Shown here in pieces: positions 1 to 9,459 of a DNA stretch of 64,000 nt. Numbering within the stretch: position 1 is the stretch's first letter; the number at the start of each line of letters is the position of its first letter. Source of the DNA: Candidatus Marinacidobacterales bacterium (GTDB lineage Bacteria > Acidobacteriota > Vicinamibacteria > Marinacidobacterales > DATDRI01); assembly GCA_965226495.1 (NCBI GenBank), contig OZ245365.1:2208001-2272000 (forward strand), written 5' to 3'. Position numbers and translations under genes: made by a program. A model generated the notes under the pieces. That model saw only the letters and a program-made list of their open reading frames with translations. It was not told the origin of the DNA and did no database searches.

Positions 1-157
1 ACAAAGCGCTTCCACCGCGATGAGCGATGACCATTGGTCCTTCCGACTCGAAAAAAGGGTGCTCTGGAACGGGCCTGGCCCGCATTAGAAGAGTCGTATA
101 GGAAACGATTGCCGCGATGACGATGATTACCGCAAGCCAATATAACTTCTTCCGCAT
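1..157 (-). CDS. glycerophosphodiester phosphodiesterase (GDPD) family protein, 5' part only (runs off window start)
   Basis: Not in ORF track. Hand translation from ATG at 157 gives MRKKLYWLAVIIVIAAIVSYTTLLMRARPVPEHPFFESEGPMVIAHRGGSAL: N-terminal membrane anchor then the GDPD hallmark VIAHRGG. Confidence 0.8.
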   Translation of the reverse strand, partial: MRKKLYWLAVIIVIAAIVSYTTLLMRARPVPEHPFFESEGPMVIAHRGGSAL

Positions 158-229
158 TGCCCATCAGTATGTAGCCAGTTTCTCAAAACGCCAAGGAACG
201 CTGGGAGTGTCAATAGTGTCCTAGATTTA

Positions 230-1159
230 CTAGCCCCACCGATCCCCGGGCGATAGATGTTGGCCGCTTGCGAAGGCTGTCGCCGGCATGCGCTTCTTGC
301 CCTCGGCTTGGAGCTCCAGCAATCGCAAGCATGTTCCTCCTCCGCACCCCACGAGAATGCCTTCCCGGTCTACGGAAATCGTTTCCCCCGCTGTCGCTTC
401 GTCCGTAGGAATAACGGCGGCACCCCATAGCTTGACCTTCTTGCCGCTCACGGTCGTGTGGGCTACCGGCCACGGAATGAAGCCGCGGACGGCGCGCTCG
501 ATTTCGACGGCAGTTTGATTCCAGTTGACGAACGCGTCGACCTGTTTGATGCGTGGCGCGAGCGTGGCGCGCATATCGTCCTGCGGAATCGGTGTGATGC
601 TTCCCGTTCCCCATCGTCGCAGCGTTTCTAGAACGAGATCTGCGCCCACCCGAGCGAGCTTGTCTTCCAACGTGCGACTGGTGTCGTCCGGCTCGATCGA
701 GAGCTTCTCTTGCAGAAGAATCGCCCCGGTATCGAGTCCCTCGTCCATAAGCATAGTCGTGATGCCCGTCTCGGTCTCGCCTCGGACGATGGCCCATTGG
801 ATGGGCGCCGCGCCTCGATAGGCGGGCAGAATGGAGCCGTGGATATTAATGATGCCCTTGCTGGGAATGTCGAGGATAGATTTTGGAATGATCTGACCAT
901 AGGCGGCTACTACGATGCATTCGGGGGCGAGCTCCTGAATCAACGACACGCTTTCCGGCTCGCGAATCCTCTTTGGCTGATGCACGCGGACCGAGTGTTC
1001 CAGGACGAGCTCTTTGGTTGGGGGTGAGCGAAGCTCATGGCCGCGCCCCGCCGGTTTGTCGGGCTGTGTGAAGAGGGTCAGAACTTCGTGCGAGGAGTCG
1101 AGGAGGACACGAAGGGAAGGGACGGCGAAGCGTCCGGAGCCCATGAAGAGTAACTTCAT
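230..1159 (-). CDS. fmt: methionyl-tRNA formyltransferase
   Basis: MKLLFMGS start, TQPDKPAGRG, AAYGQI, INIHGSILPAYRGAAPIQWAI, MDEGLDTG; directly downstream of def. Confidence 0.97.
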   Translation of the reverse strand: MKLLFMGSGRFAVPSLRVLLDSSHEVLTLFTQPDKPAGRGHELRSPPTKELVLEHSVRVHQPKRIREPESVSLIQELAPECIVVAAYGQIIPKSILDIPSKGIINIHGSILPAYRGAAPIQWAIVRGETETGITTMLMDEGLDTGAILLQEKLSIEPDDTSRTLEDKLARVGADLVLETLRRWGTGSITPIPQDDMRATLAPRIKQVDAFVNWNQTAVEIERAVRGFIPWPVAHTTVSGKKVKLWGAAVIPTDEATAGETISVDREGILVGCGGGTCLRLLELQAEGKKRMPATAFASGQHLSPGDRWG

Positions 1160-1174
1160 GTAGAGCCTAAGGGG

Positions 1175-1687
1175 CTACCAGCTGCCCTGGCGAATTTGCT
1201 TCTTGATCTTTCGCTTGAGGAGATCCCGTTTGAGGATTCCTAATCTTTCGATGAACAGCTTGCCGTCGAGGTGATCGATCTCGTGGCAAAAGGCACGCGC
1301 CAGAAGCTCCGTGCCTTCTCTCGTGAACTCGTTGCCTTTGAGGTCTTGACCCCTGACCTTGACCCTTGCCGGTCGCACCACCACGCCGTGGTAACCAGGC
1401 ACGGATAGACAGCCTTCCTCTTCTTGTTGTTCGTCTGCCTGCTCCAGCATTTCGGGATTCGCCATGACGACGAGCGCCTCGGGGTCCTCGCCGGACGAGG
1501 TATCGATGACTATGAGGCGGACGTTGAGGCCGATTTGCGGAGCCGCCAGGCCGACACCGGGAGCCGCGTACATGGTTTGCACCATGTCGCGCGCGAGCTC
1601 TTCCAGGGAGTCAGCGAATTCGGTGAGGGGCTCGGAGAGCTTGGCGAGCTCGGGAGCGCTGTACTTGAGAATGGGTCTAATAGACAT
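1175..1687 (-). CDS. def: peptide deformylase
   Basis: GVGLAAPQIG, EGCLS, HEIDHLDG motifs. Confidence 0.98.
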   Translation of the reverse strand: MSIRPILKYSAPELAKLSEPLTEFADSLEELARDMVQTMYAAPGVGLAAPQIGLNVRLIVIDTSSGEDPEALVVMANPEMLEQADEQQEEEGCLSVPGYHGVVVRPARVKVRGQDLKGNEFTREGTELLARAFCHEIDHLDGKLFIERLGILKRDLLKRKIKKQIRQGSW

Positions 1688-1696
1688 AATTTAGTG

Positions 1697-1910
1697 CTCG
1701 CTCGGCTCTTCGCCTCGCTCGCGCCCAAAACCACGGCCGCTTCCCTTGCGCACCGTATCTTACTAGCGCAATTCCTCGCGGCCGACCGTCGCTGACGCGC
1801 CGGTGAACGGCCTCGCTCGGCTCTTCGATCAATGCCTCGTCGCTCCTCGCGACTCGGCTTGCCGCTTCGGGCGTTCGCCCTGCGCGGCGGCTGAAGGCTC
1901 GCTCTTCGAT
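1697..1910. repeat. REP-like palindromic cluster in def-aroC spacer
   Basis: 16-mer CTCGCTCGGCTCTTCG at 1697-1712 and 1812-1827, related CTCGCTCTTCGAT near 1898, hairpin GCCGC..GGGC-GTTC-GCCC..GCGGC near 1861-1888. Confidence 0.5.
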
Positions 1911-1912
1911 AA

Positions 1913-2067
1913 GGGCGTTGGGGCCCCACCCCCAACGCCTGATGCTCCGTCGACTTCGCGACTGCGCATCGGCTCAGGGCTGTGCTCGGGCGTTGGGGCC
2001 CCACCCCCAACGCCTGATGCTCCGTCGACTTCGCGACTGCGCATCGGCTCAGGGCTGTGCTCGGGCG
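1913..2067. repeat. perfect 75-bp tandem duplication of a REP-like hairpin unit
   Basis: Units 1913-1987 and 1988-2062 are identical (plus 5 bp of a third); each begins with the 10-bp inverted repeat GGCGTTGGGG-ccccac-CCCCAACGCC. Confidence 0.93.
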
Positions 2068-2083
2068 ACAGAACCACGGGAGC

Positions 2084-3277
2084 CTAGCTCTTCTCTGCCC
2101 GTTCCCGCAGGACTTGGTCGATGCGCCGCATGTGAGCGGCGTGGTTCGTTAGGGTTTCCGTCAGGCTATCGCCACCGAACTTCTCGATCGCCGCATCGGC
2201 GAGCGTAAGCGCCACCATCGCCTCGCCCACGACGCCCGCCGCCGGAACTGCGCAGATGTCCGAACGAACGCGTGCCGCCTCGATCGGCTTCATCGTTCGA
2301 ATATCGACCGACCGGAGCGGCTTCCGCAGCGACGACAGAGGTTTCATATAGGCTCTTATCCGGAGCTCCTGACCGTTTGTCACGCCGCCTTCGAGGCCCC
2401 CCGCATTATTGCTTCCTCGGTAAAGCCCTTTCGACGACGAGTAAAAGATTTCGTCGTGGAGGGCGGACCCGAGAGTAGACGCCGAATCGACGCCGCGTCC
2501 GAAGCCCATCGCCTTCATCGCCGGGATGGATAAAATGGCTTGCGCTAGACGCCCGTCGAGTTTTCGGTCCCACTGGATGTAGGAGCCCAAACCCGGCGGG
2601 GGAGTATGCGCGACGATCTCGATGACGCCTCCCAGGGTGTCCCTTTCCTGTGTCGCGCGATCGACTTCTTCGACCATTTTTTTTTCGAGCTCCGCATCGG
2701 CGCAATTGAGTGGCGCGTCCTCCGAGATCGCGATTATCTCTTCCCAGGCAACTTCCGGAGCTTCGTTCGGCACCTGCACCGAGCCCACGCCGACGACGTG
2801 ACTTCGGATCTCACATTCGAGATGTTTCAAAAACTGCTTTGCCACCGCACCGGCGGCGACCCGGGCCGCGGTTTCGCGAGCACTGGCTCGTTCCAAAATG
2901 TTTCGAAAGTCGTCGACTCCGTACTTCAATGCTCCCGCGAGGTCCGCGTGGCCGGGACGTGGGTTCACGAGCTCCGCGCTGGTGCCCGCCGGCGGCTCCT
3001 CATACGGCGACAGCTTGTCCTTCCAGTTCTTCCAGTCTTTATTGTGGATGAGAAAACTAATGGGGCCGCCCGTCGTTTGACCACTGCGAAGACCACCGAG
3101 GACTTCCACTCGGTCTTGCTCGATCTTCATTCGGGCTCCTCGGCCGTATCCTCTCTGGCGGCGTGCCAATTCGCGATTGATAGCGTCGAAGTCCAGCTCC
3201 ATACCGGCTGGCAAGCCTTCCAGGATCACGTTCAAGGCCGGGCCATGCGATTCGCCCGCGGTCATCAAGCGCAACAT
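2084..3277 (-). CDS. aroC: chorismate synthase
   Basis: TAGESHG, RPGHAD, ERASARETAARVAAG, SNNAGGLEGG, RSD motifs. Confidence 0.98.
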   Translation of the reverse strand: MLRLMTAGESHGPALNVILEGLPAGMELDFDAINRELARRQRGYGRGARMKIEQDRVEVLGGLRSGQTTGGPISFLIHNKDWKNWKDKLSPYEEPPAGTSAELVNPRPGHADLAGALKYGVDDFRNILERASARETAARVAAGAVAKQFLKHLECEIRSHVVGVGSVQVPNEAPEVAWEEIIAISEDAPLNCADAELEKKMVEEVDRATQERDTLGGVIEIVAHTPPPGLGSYIQWDRKLDGRLAQAILSIPAMKAMGFGRGVDSASTLGSALHDEIFYSSSKGLYRGSNNAGGLEGGVTNGQELRIRAYMKPLSSLRKPLRSVDIRTMKPIEAARVRSDICAVPAAGVVGEAMVALTLADAAIEKFGGDSLTETLTNHAAHMRRIDQVLRERAEKS

Positions 3278-3283
3278 TTCGTA

Positions 3284-3313
3284 AAGCTACACTGGCTTGA
3301 GACTTAGAGTCAA
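3284..3313 (-). promoter_or_regulatory. sigma70-type promoter, leaderless aroC
   Basis: Minus strand TTGACT-N18-TAGCTT-N6-ATG(3277); no Shine-Dalgarno. Confidence 0.55.
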
Positions 3314-3370
3314 TCGACGCGTGAGTGGGGTGGCTCTCGCCGCCGTCTACCGTTAGGCTATGGCCGTGAA

Positions 3371-5686
3371 ATGATGCAGCTCTTGAGGATTCTGGCGTTG
3401 GCCGGTGGGGTGTCCGCCTTCGCCGTAAGCCAATTGGTAACGCCCGTCTATCGTGCGCGTCCCGAGATTCTGATTCAGCCGCTCTCGGTGTTGATTCCGC
3501 CAGGCGTCGGTCGCGCGGCACTTTTGGGAGCTCTGGGCTTCCTGATGGCGTGGTTCTTGGAGTCGTTGTTCTACCTAATCGTTCTTCGATTTCCGTGGAG
3601 GAAGGCTCTGCGTGACAGCCTCGGCTCTTATGCTCCGTTGACTGCGCTACTCGTATACTCCTTGCTCTTGTTACCTGGAATGCCGGGAGTTCCGATGTTG
3701 GGCTGGTGGCTTCTATTGCATGCGAGTCCATGGGTTCTGACCGTTATTGGCGCCGCTCTCGTGTACCGGAAGGGCGCTTTCCTGCTCGCCCATCTCGGAG
3801 GTTTTCCGCCGGTGCGCCGGCTCGCGCGTGGCCCGCTCGCGACCATCCTTTACGGGGTTGGACTGCTGGCGGTTTTGATCGCCCTGACTCCAGAGAGGCG
3901 ATTCAGCGAGCCCTACGACGAGCGTTGGGGCACCGGAGACGAGCCGCGCTACGTCCGGATCACAGCCAGCCTTCTTTACGACGGAGATGCGAACATCGCG
4001 AACGCCGCTGAGCACATCGGACGGAGGGCGGAACCGCTTCGTTTCGGCTCCTACGTGGTGAGTTGGACCGCCTCCACTTTCTCGACGATCAGAGACGTTG
4101 CCGTGGCTGCGATGGGCGAGTCTCTCGGTGAGCCCGAAAGCTTAGGAGGCCAAGTGATTCGAGGGAAAGACGGCGGCACCTACTACGTCTACCTGCCGGG
4201 CTTTCCTTTGCTCATCGTGCCGTCGATGGCACTGGATTCGGTCTTTTTTCCGGGCATGCTGCCTCTGGTGATCTTTTTTTGTCTCGTCCTTGGGGTGGTG
4301 ACGGCCATTGTCATTGCTCGGCTGACCGAACCGTACGTCGGAGATCGTTGCGACGCCTATCTCTTGATGGCCTGTCTTAGCCTCACGCCGCCGCTTTTCT
4401 TCTACAACTTCCAGGTTTACCCCGAGATGACGGCGGCCCTTTGTCTAGCTGTGATTCTTAAGTTGTTGCTCGCTCGAAGGGTCGGTTTCGGCGGTGCGGT
4501 CGTCTTCGGACTCGCCGCGGCGATGCTGCCCTGGCTTCACACGCGCTACTATCCGATACTGGGCGTTTCCGTACTCGCCATGGTTTACCAGATGTGGGGT
4601 GAGCGCGTGAGCTGGAAAGTGGGGCTTTGGGCGATAGGGCTGCCCATCGTTGCTGTGGCTCTACAGTGCCTTTACGTGTTTCACATTGGCGGGTCGCTTC
4701 TTCCCGACACGCTATGGGTCGTGAACGGCTACCCGCGTGGCGGTCATTTTTTCAACCGTGAAGCCCTTTCGGGAGTTTACTATCTTCTCCTCGGGAGAGA
4801 AGAAGGGCTCTTGGTGTACAGCCCTCTCTACGTGCTTGCGATTCCCGGTGCCGTTTCTCTTTGGCGTCGGTCCGGCTTCGCTGCCGTTCTGTCCATCGCG
4901 GTGTTCGTACCGTATCTAATGATTGCGGCCTCTCATGATCAAGGGGGTGCGGGAGCGTGGGCACCCACGAGCCGTTACCTGGTTCCGATGACGCCGATCC
5001 TGGCACTTTGGTTCGCGGCCTGGCTGGGTGTTCCCGAAGTGCGAAGGGCTCGCTGGATGGCGTTTGCTCTCGGCGCGGCGGCTTCGTTTTGGATCGGCCA
5101 AGGGATGTTGGCGGAACGCAACTTCCCGTACGATCGAATCGCTTTCCTGTCTTCCGGAGTCGTGAGTGTGTCCGGGCTGATGGGCTCGGTCTTGGAGCCA
5201 GAGTCATTCTGGCAGCGTGCCACCTATCCGCTCCTCCTCCTGCTCGTACTCGCGACGGTCGCGATGTGGGGATGGAAGGAAAAGGCTCGCTTCGATGGAT
5301 TGGCCGCGTCGATCGTGGCGCTGATCCTTTTGACGGGGTCGGTGTCGGAAGCACGCATGCCAAGCGACGCTTGGACTTCGCCCGCGCGGGGAACGAGCTC
5401 TGCGCGCCTGAGGCCGGGACGCACCGTTGTGTCCGCACTACCTTCGTGTTCTGTGGGCTTGCCTCGTTTACGCTTCGAAGGTGCAGGAGGGGAGTACGCA
5501 GTGACGGTGAGTGGTCACGGTTTCACGAAGCATCTTCGCGTGCCCCCGACCGGGGAGACGGAATTGGAGATCTCGGTGGAGCCGTTCGTGAGGAAGCGCC
5601 GTGGCGAGAAGGAAGAGATCCGCATTGTCGAGCTCAGTCTGGCGGCCGGACACACCCCGCTGGTGTTTCGGGCGGTGTGCCGTTAG
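3371..5686 (+). CDS. polytopic membrane protein, GT-C fold glycosyltransferase-like (ArnT/PMT-like)
   Basis: 771 aa with many hydrophobic segments; GDEPRY loop after the early helices, YPE, GLLVYSPLY and RYLVP motifs typical of lipid-linked sugar transferases; soluble C-terminal domain. Confidence 0.6.
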   Translation: MMQLLRILALAGGVSAFAVSQLVTPVYRARPEILIQPLSVLIPPGVGRAALLGALGFLMAWFLESLFYLIVLRFPWRKALRDSLGSYAPLTALLVYSLLLLPGMPGVPMLGWWLLLHASPWVLTVIGAALVYRKGAFLLAHLGGFPPVRRLARGPLATILYGVGLLAVLIALTPERRFSEPYDERWGTGDEPRYVRITASLLYDGDANIANAAEHIGRRAEPLRFGSYVVSWTASTFSTIRDVAVAAMGESLGEPESLGGQVIRGKDGGTYYVYLPGFPLLIVPSMALDSVFFPGMLPLVIFFCLVLGVVTAIVIARLTEPYVGDRCDAYLLMACLSLTPPLFFYNFQVYPEMTAALCLAVILKLLLARRVGFGGAVVFGLAAAMLPWLHTRYYPILGVSVLAMVYQMWGERVSWKVGLWAIGLPIVAVALQCLYVFHIGGSLLPDTLWVVNGYPRGGHFFNREALSGVYYLLLGREEGLLVYSPLYVLAIPGAVSLWRRSGFAAVLSIAVFVPYLMIAASHDQGGAGAWAPTSRYLVPMTPILALWFAAWLGVPEVRRARWMAFALGAAASFWIGQGMLAERNFPYDRIAFLSSGVVSVSGLMGSVLEPESFWQRATYPLLLLLVLATVAMWGWKEKARFDGLAASIVALILLTGSVSEARMPSDAWTSPARGTSSARLRPGRTVVSALPSCSVGLPRLRFEGAGGEYAVTVSGHGFTKHLRVPPTGETELEISVEPFVRKRRGEKEEIRIVELSLAAGHTPLVFRAVCR

Positions 5687-5704
5687 TAAATTTTGAGTCA
5701 GCCT

Positions 5705-6580
5705 TTAGTCTGGCGGGCGGGTCGCTTGTGGTTCTGGACCCATTTCGACCGGGCGCGCTGGATCCGCACACCACTCGGACCACGAGCCCGGATAGAGTCG
5801 TGCGCCACGGATACCGGCGTGCTCCATGGCGAGTAGATCGTGGCAAGCAGTGACGCCCGATCCGCAGTAAAACACTGTCGCGTCGGGCGACGCACCTTGA
5901 AATACTCTCGCATAGTGCTCTTTCAGCGTCTCGGAAGAAAGGAAGAAGTCGTCTTGGTCGAGATTCTCTTGCCATGGACGATTACGTGCACCGGGAATGT
6001 GTCCTGCGACCGGATCGATGGGCTCCTTGTCGCCCCGATACCGCACCGGATCGCGGGCATCGACGAGCACGCGCGGTGCGCTCTTGTTGACCCTTAGGAG
6101 ATCGGCGAGGTCAATGCGCATGGATGCTTGCGGCCGAGCCTGGAACGAACGGGCACTTCGCTCCTCTCGTCCGCCACGCGTCGGGTGGCCTGCTTTCCCC
6201 CAAGCGCCGAACCCTCCTTCCAAAACTGCGACATGTTCATGGCCGAGATAGCGAAGCATCCACCATGCGCGGGCCGCGATCTGTCCCGCGTTCGCATCGT
6301 ACGCTACCACCTGAACGTTGGTGTCGATCCCCCAGTCAGAAAACTGCCTCTTCATGATCGCGATCTCCGGCAGCGGGTGGCGACCGTTGGTCCCGGTTTT
6401 CGGCGCCGACAGAGCTCGGTCCAGGTGCGCGTAGACCGCTCCGGGAATATGCGACGCGAGATACTCCGACTCACCGCGGTCGGGTTCCGCAAGGTCGAAG
6501 CGGCAGTCGATCACCGCCAGATCGTCTGCCTCGAGTCGATCATTCAGTTCACCGGCAGAGATAAGAGGTCGGTTATGCAT
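5705..6580 (-). CDS. sseA: sulfurtransferase (rhodanese / 3-mercaptopyruvate sulfurtransferase)
   Basis: [30 protein letters not shown], active-site [18 protein letters not shown]; start trimmed to MHNRPLIS (start uncertain). Confidence 0.92.
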   Translation of the reverse strand: MHNRPLISAGELNDRLEADDLAVIDCRFDLAEPDRGESEYLASHIPGAVYAHLDRALSAPKTGTNGRHPLPEIAIMKRQFSDWGIDTNVQVVAYDANAGQIAARAWWMLRYLGHEHVAVLEGGFGAWGKAGHPTRGGREERSARSFQARPQASMRIDLADLLRVNKSAPRVLVDARDPVRYRGDKEPIDPVAGHIPGARNRPWQENLDQDDFFLSSETLKEHYARVFQGASPDATVFYCGSGVTACHDLLAMEHAGIRGARLYPGSWSEWCADPARPVEMGPEPQATRPPD

Positions 6581-6677
6581 GTGTTCGCATGTCTTTACCA
6601 TATCGTGTGGTCGCTTGCGATCGACTTGCGCCGAGGTCAGGCGCGCGATTAGGATGGGTTCGACCCACCGCTCGCTA

Positions 6678-6734
6678 CACCAGAGGGGGGGCGGCCACCA
6701 GAGGGGGCCTGACGGGCCTGACGGGCCTGACGGG
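6678..6734. repeat. nested short direct repeats upstream of msrB
   Basis: CACCAGAGGGGG at 6678-6689 and 6696-6707; GGGCCTGAC x3 at 6705-6731. Confidence 0.8.
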
Positions 6735-6738
6735 AGAG

Positions 6739-7167
6739 ATGAGAGAGAAAGAAAAAGTGGACGGTCCCGAAAAGAAGACACTCCCCACCACCGAAGCGGA
6801 GTGGAAGAAGAGCCTGACTCCGGAAAAGTACTACGTATTGCGCAAGAAGGGGACCGAGACTCCATTCTCGGGTGAGTTTTGGAACGAAAAGACAGCCGGG
6901 TTCTATCTTTGTGCCGGCTGCGGACAGAAGTTATTCGATTCCAGCACCAAGTTCGATTCCGGATCCGGCTGGCCCAGCTTCTATGAGCCTATCGATAAGG
7001 CAAATGTGGAGGAAGTCAGCGATGTCGGCCACGGGATGCGCCGCACCGAGGTGGTTTGCTCGCGCTGCGGCGGCCACCTGGGCCACGTATTCGAGGACGG
7101 CCCGGATCCAACCGGTTTGAGGTACTGCATCAATTCCGTCTCTCTGGACCTGGAAGAGCAGGAGTAG
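6739..7167 (+). CDS. msrB: peptide-methionine (R)-S-oxide reductase
   Basis: [45 protein letters not shown]; ATG 6739 follows GGGAGAG. Confidence 0.97.
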   Translation: MREKEKVDGPEKKTLPTTEAEWKKSLTPEKYYVLRKKGTETPFSGEFWNEKTAGFYLCAGCGQKLFDSSTKFDSGSGWPSFYEPIDKANVEEVSDVGHGMRRTEVVCSRCGGHLGHVFEDGPDPTGLRYCINSVSLDLEEQE

Positions 7168-7261
7168 TTCCCGACCGCTGACCGGGTCTTGCCGCCTCGC
7201 TTGAATTGACCAGGGGTTCGGAGTAAATTAGCCGGCCTGAGCGACTCTTCGGAGTGTGTTC

Positions 7262-7612
7262 ATGGAAATAAAGGTAGATCCTTCCAACGACGTAACCGTG
7301 GTCGAGATTCGCGGCCGGATCATAGAAGGCGAACCGGCGGGCGAGCTCGACAAGGCTCTCCGCGGACTCATTCGTGATGAGAGGGTGAACACGATTCTCG
7401 ATGTTTCCGATGTGAGTTGGTTCGACAGCACTGCCATTGGGATCCTCGTCAGCCATTACGTATCGGCCAAGAAATTGGGCGGCCGGGTGTTGCTACTGAA
7501 GGCCAACCAGAAGGTCAGGACGCTGATGAAGCTGGTTCATCTAGACGAACGGTTCGGCTGGGCCGACGAAATGGACGAAGCTCGGTCTTGGTTCGAGAAT
7601 CCCGCGAGCTAA
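7262..7612 (+). CDS. anti-sigma factor antagonist (STAS domain)
   Basis: LDVSDVSWFDSTAIGILV with the conserved phosphorylatable DS; GGAG before ATG 7262. Confidence 0.88.
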   Translation: MEIKVDPSNDVTVVEIRGRIIEGEPAGELDKALRGLIRDERVNTILDVSDVSWFDSTAIGILVSHYVSAKKLGGRVLLLKANQKVRTLMKLVHLDERFGWADEMDEARSWFENPAS

Positions 7613-7658
7613 CGCACTTTCTTTCGTTTATAGAAGTGATTTTCCAAGGAGGTGTTAG

Positions 7659-8081
7659 GTGAGTCAAATTAATATGGGCCGTGTCGCCCTTGGCGGCCTT
7701 CTGGCAGGATTGATCATCAATATCGGAGAATTCGTGCTCAACGAGCCGATCCTTGGAGCTCAATGGGCGTCCGCCATGGAGGCGATGGGACACTCTGCCC
7801 CTGGGGGGAGCGCCATCGCGATCTTCGTCGTTGGCGGCTTCATTTTGGGGATCGCGATGATTTGGCTCTACGCCGCGATACGCCCGCGACTAGGGGCGGG
7901 CCCCAAGACGGCGGCTTGCGCCGGTTCGCTGGTTTGGTTCTTCGCGTACCTCTACCCATCTTCCGGCGCTCTAGCAATGGGGCTCTTCCCGGCAAACTTG
8001 ATCGTCACGTCTGTGATGTGGGGATTCTTCGAGCTTCCCATCGCAGCCGTCATCGGCGCGTGGCTGTACAAAGAGGAGTGA
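7659..8081 (+). CDS. hypothetical 4-TM membrane protein
   Basis: Strong RBS AAGGAGG, GTG start, four hydrophobic helices. Confidence 0.8.
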   Translation: MSQINMGRVALGGLLAGLIINIGEFVLNEPILGAQWASAMEAMGHSAPGGSAIAIFVVGGFILGIAMIWLYAAIRPRLGAGPKTAACAGSLVWFFAYLYPSSGALAMGLFPANLIVTSVMWGFFELPIAAVIGAWLYKEE

Positions 8082-8092
8082 GTCGTTCGCGG

Positions 8093-8782
8093 CTAACGAG
8101 TGTGACTCGGCTTCAGCGAGACCGCGTCCGGGGCGGCATCGGGAGGAGGGACTTTTAGCGTTCCACCAATGATATCCCCTAGAAACGGTGGATTGAAATT
8201 GAAGTCCATCGTCGGGATCTCGTGATGATACCGGTGGTGGCGAATGTGATAGTCCCGCGCGGTCCCGACTAGTGGGACTCGGCGTAGCAACTCGTCGACG
8301 GCGTTCCCTTCGATATGCGTCAGCCAGTGCGTAAATTCGAAGAAGAGGTAGTGCAAAACAACCCCAACAAAAAAGACGACGACGAGCTGGGAAGGCAACA
8401 GCGTCTGCAGCGCCACGTAGTGAATCGCGAAGAGAACGGGGAAGACATACCAAGGGCTTGCGATATATTGCCAATCGTCCCGCTTGCTGGAAGTGAAATT
8501 GGCGCCGTGGAACACTCGATGATGCATCAAGTGATTTCTCTTGATGAACCCTAGCCAACGGGCACCGGCGTGCATCAAGAAACGGTGATAGCCGTACTCG
8601 AAGAAGTGGGTGTAGGTGATTCCCAACAGGAAGCAAGCGAACACGGGAAGCGTCCGATACGGGACGTCGAGGGCACTCCAATGGATGGCTGCAATAAAGA
8701 AAAGACAGAAGAGCGGGGTCAGAACAACTGCGACAATAGGATGATAGGGTCGTAGTCTATTCAACCATCCCAAATGTGCCAT
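8093..8782 (-). CDS. fatty acid hydroxylase / sterol desaturase family protein
   Basis: Di-iron histidine boxes HRFLMH, HLMHH, HWLTH, HIRHHRYHH between TM helices. Confidence 0.85.
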   Translation of the reverse strand: MAHLGWLNRLRPYHPIVAVVLTPLFCLFFIAAIHWSALDVPYRTLPVFACFLLGITYTHFFEYGYHRFLMHAGARWLGFIKRNHLMHHRVFHGANFTSSKRDDWQYIASPWYVFPVLFAIHYVALQTLLPSQLVVVFFVGVVLHYLFFEFTHWLTHIEGNAVDELLRRVPLVGTARDYHIRHHRYHHEIPTMDFNFNPPFLGDIIGGTLKVPPPDAAPDAVSLKPSHTR

Positions 8783-8788
8783 AGATCT

Positions 8789-8817
8789 ATGTTAGACGGC
8801 GGAATGCTGGCCGTCAA
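8789..8817 (-). promoter_or_regulatory. sigma70 promoter, leaderless desaturase/hydroxylase gene
   Basis: Minus strand TTGACG-N17-TAACAT-N6-ATG(8782). Confidence 0.7.
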
Positions 8818-8933
8818 AACGGCCCGTTGCCAATATCAAGAGAGCCAGACGGCGTTCGGCCATTCTGCCGAAAACGTCAAAGGGGGCGTCTGGGCAACCT
8901 GATGATTGGCGCCGTTCGTATTCTGACACGCGC

Positions 8934-8977
8934 CCTGACGAGTCCTGATGAGCCTTGATGAGCCCTGATGAGCCTTG
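8934..8977. repeat. 10-bp period tandem repeat (CYTGAYGAGY x4.4)
   Basis: cctgacgagt cctgatgagc cttgatgagc cctgatgagc cttg. Confidence 0.85.
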
Positions 8978-9024
8978 TGAGGTTGACCAGTGGTACGTAG
9001 CTCAAGAACTAAGGCGCGCCGCCG

Positions 9025-9459
9025 ATGAGCGCCGTTCTCAGAGCCCACGGAGAAGCGTTCGACGTCGAGCTCTTCCTAGCCGAAAGCTCGTTGGAGCCGG
9101 ATAGCGTTTACCAGAAGGGCGCCCCCGTCCCGTCGGCCGCGGCCAGAAAAGAAAACGGCACGCCCCGGAGGGCCTCGGGCTTTAGCCTGACGGTCAGTCA
9201 CGCGGACTTTTCAGATCTCGAGACGCAGATCAGTGAGGCCATTGTTTTCCTGGACGAGTACGAGGATGAGTTGCGACGCCTCGGGAAATTTGACGGAGTC
9301 GAGGGGGTTTCACTCGACTTCGGCGTGCAGCGTCGAGACGTCGCGGCTCAGACCGACGTGTTTCCTTCCGATCTTCTGTGGCGGGCCGGGGCCTTGGACA
9401 TCTGGATCGCCATTACTCACTATGCGATCGCCGAGGCTGGAGGAGAACCCGTTGCCTGA
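9025..9459 (+). CDS. hypothetical protein (weak DUF4279-like resemblance)
   Basis: 144 aa acidic alpha/beta ORF, first of four closely packed + strand genes; family call is a tentative recollection. Confidence 0.7.
   Translation: MSAVLRAHGEAFDVELFLAESSLEPDSVYQKGAPVPSAAARKENGTPRRASGFSLTVSHADFSDLETQISEAIVFLDEYEDELRRLGKFDGVEGVSLDFGVQRRDVAAQTDVFPSDLLWRAGALDIWIAITHYAIAEAGGEPVA

Noticed and set aside
1913-2067. CRISPR array
   Set aside because: The whole 75-bp unit is duplicated, with no unique spacers and no cas genes.
1829-2077. 82-aa ORF with an internal 25-aa repeat
   Set aside because: Product of the 75-bp tandem duplication; no coding evidence.
6739-7167. Selenocysteine-containing MsrB, given the selenium genes nearby
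   Set aside because: The catalytic residue in RYCINS is encoded by TGC; no in-frame TGA seen.
8845-8875. tRNA D-arm-like GGCAGAATGGCCGAACGC on minus strand
   Set aside because: No anticodon arm, T-loop or acceptor stem follows.
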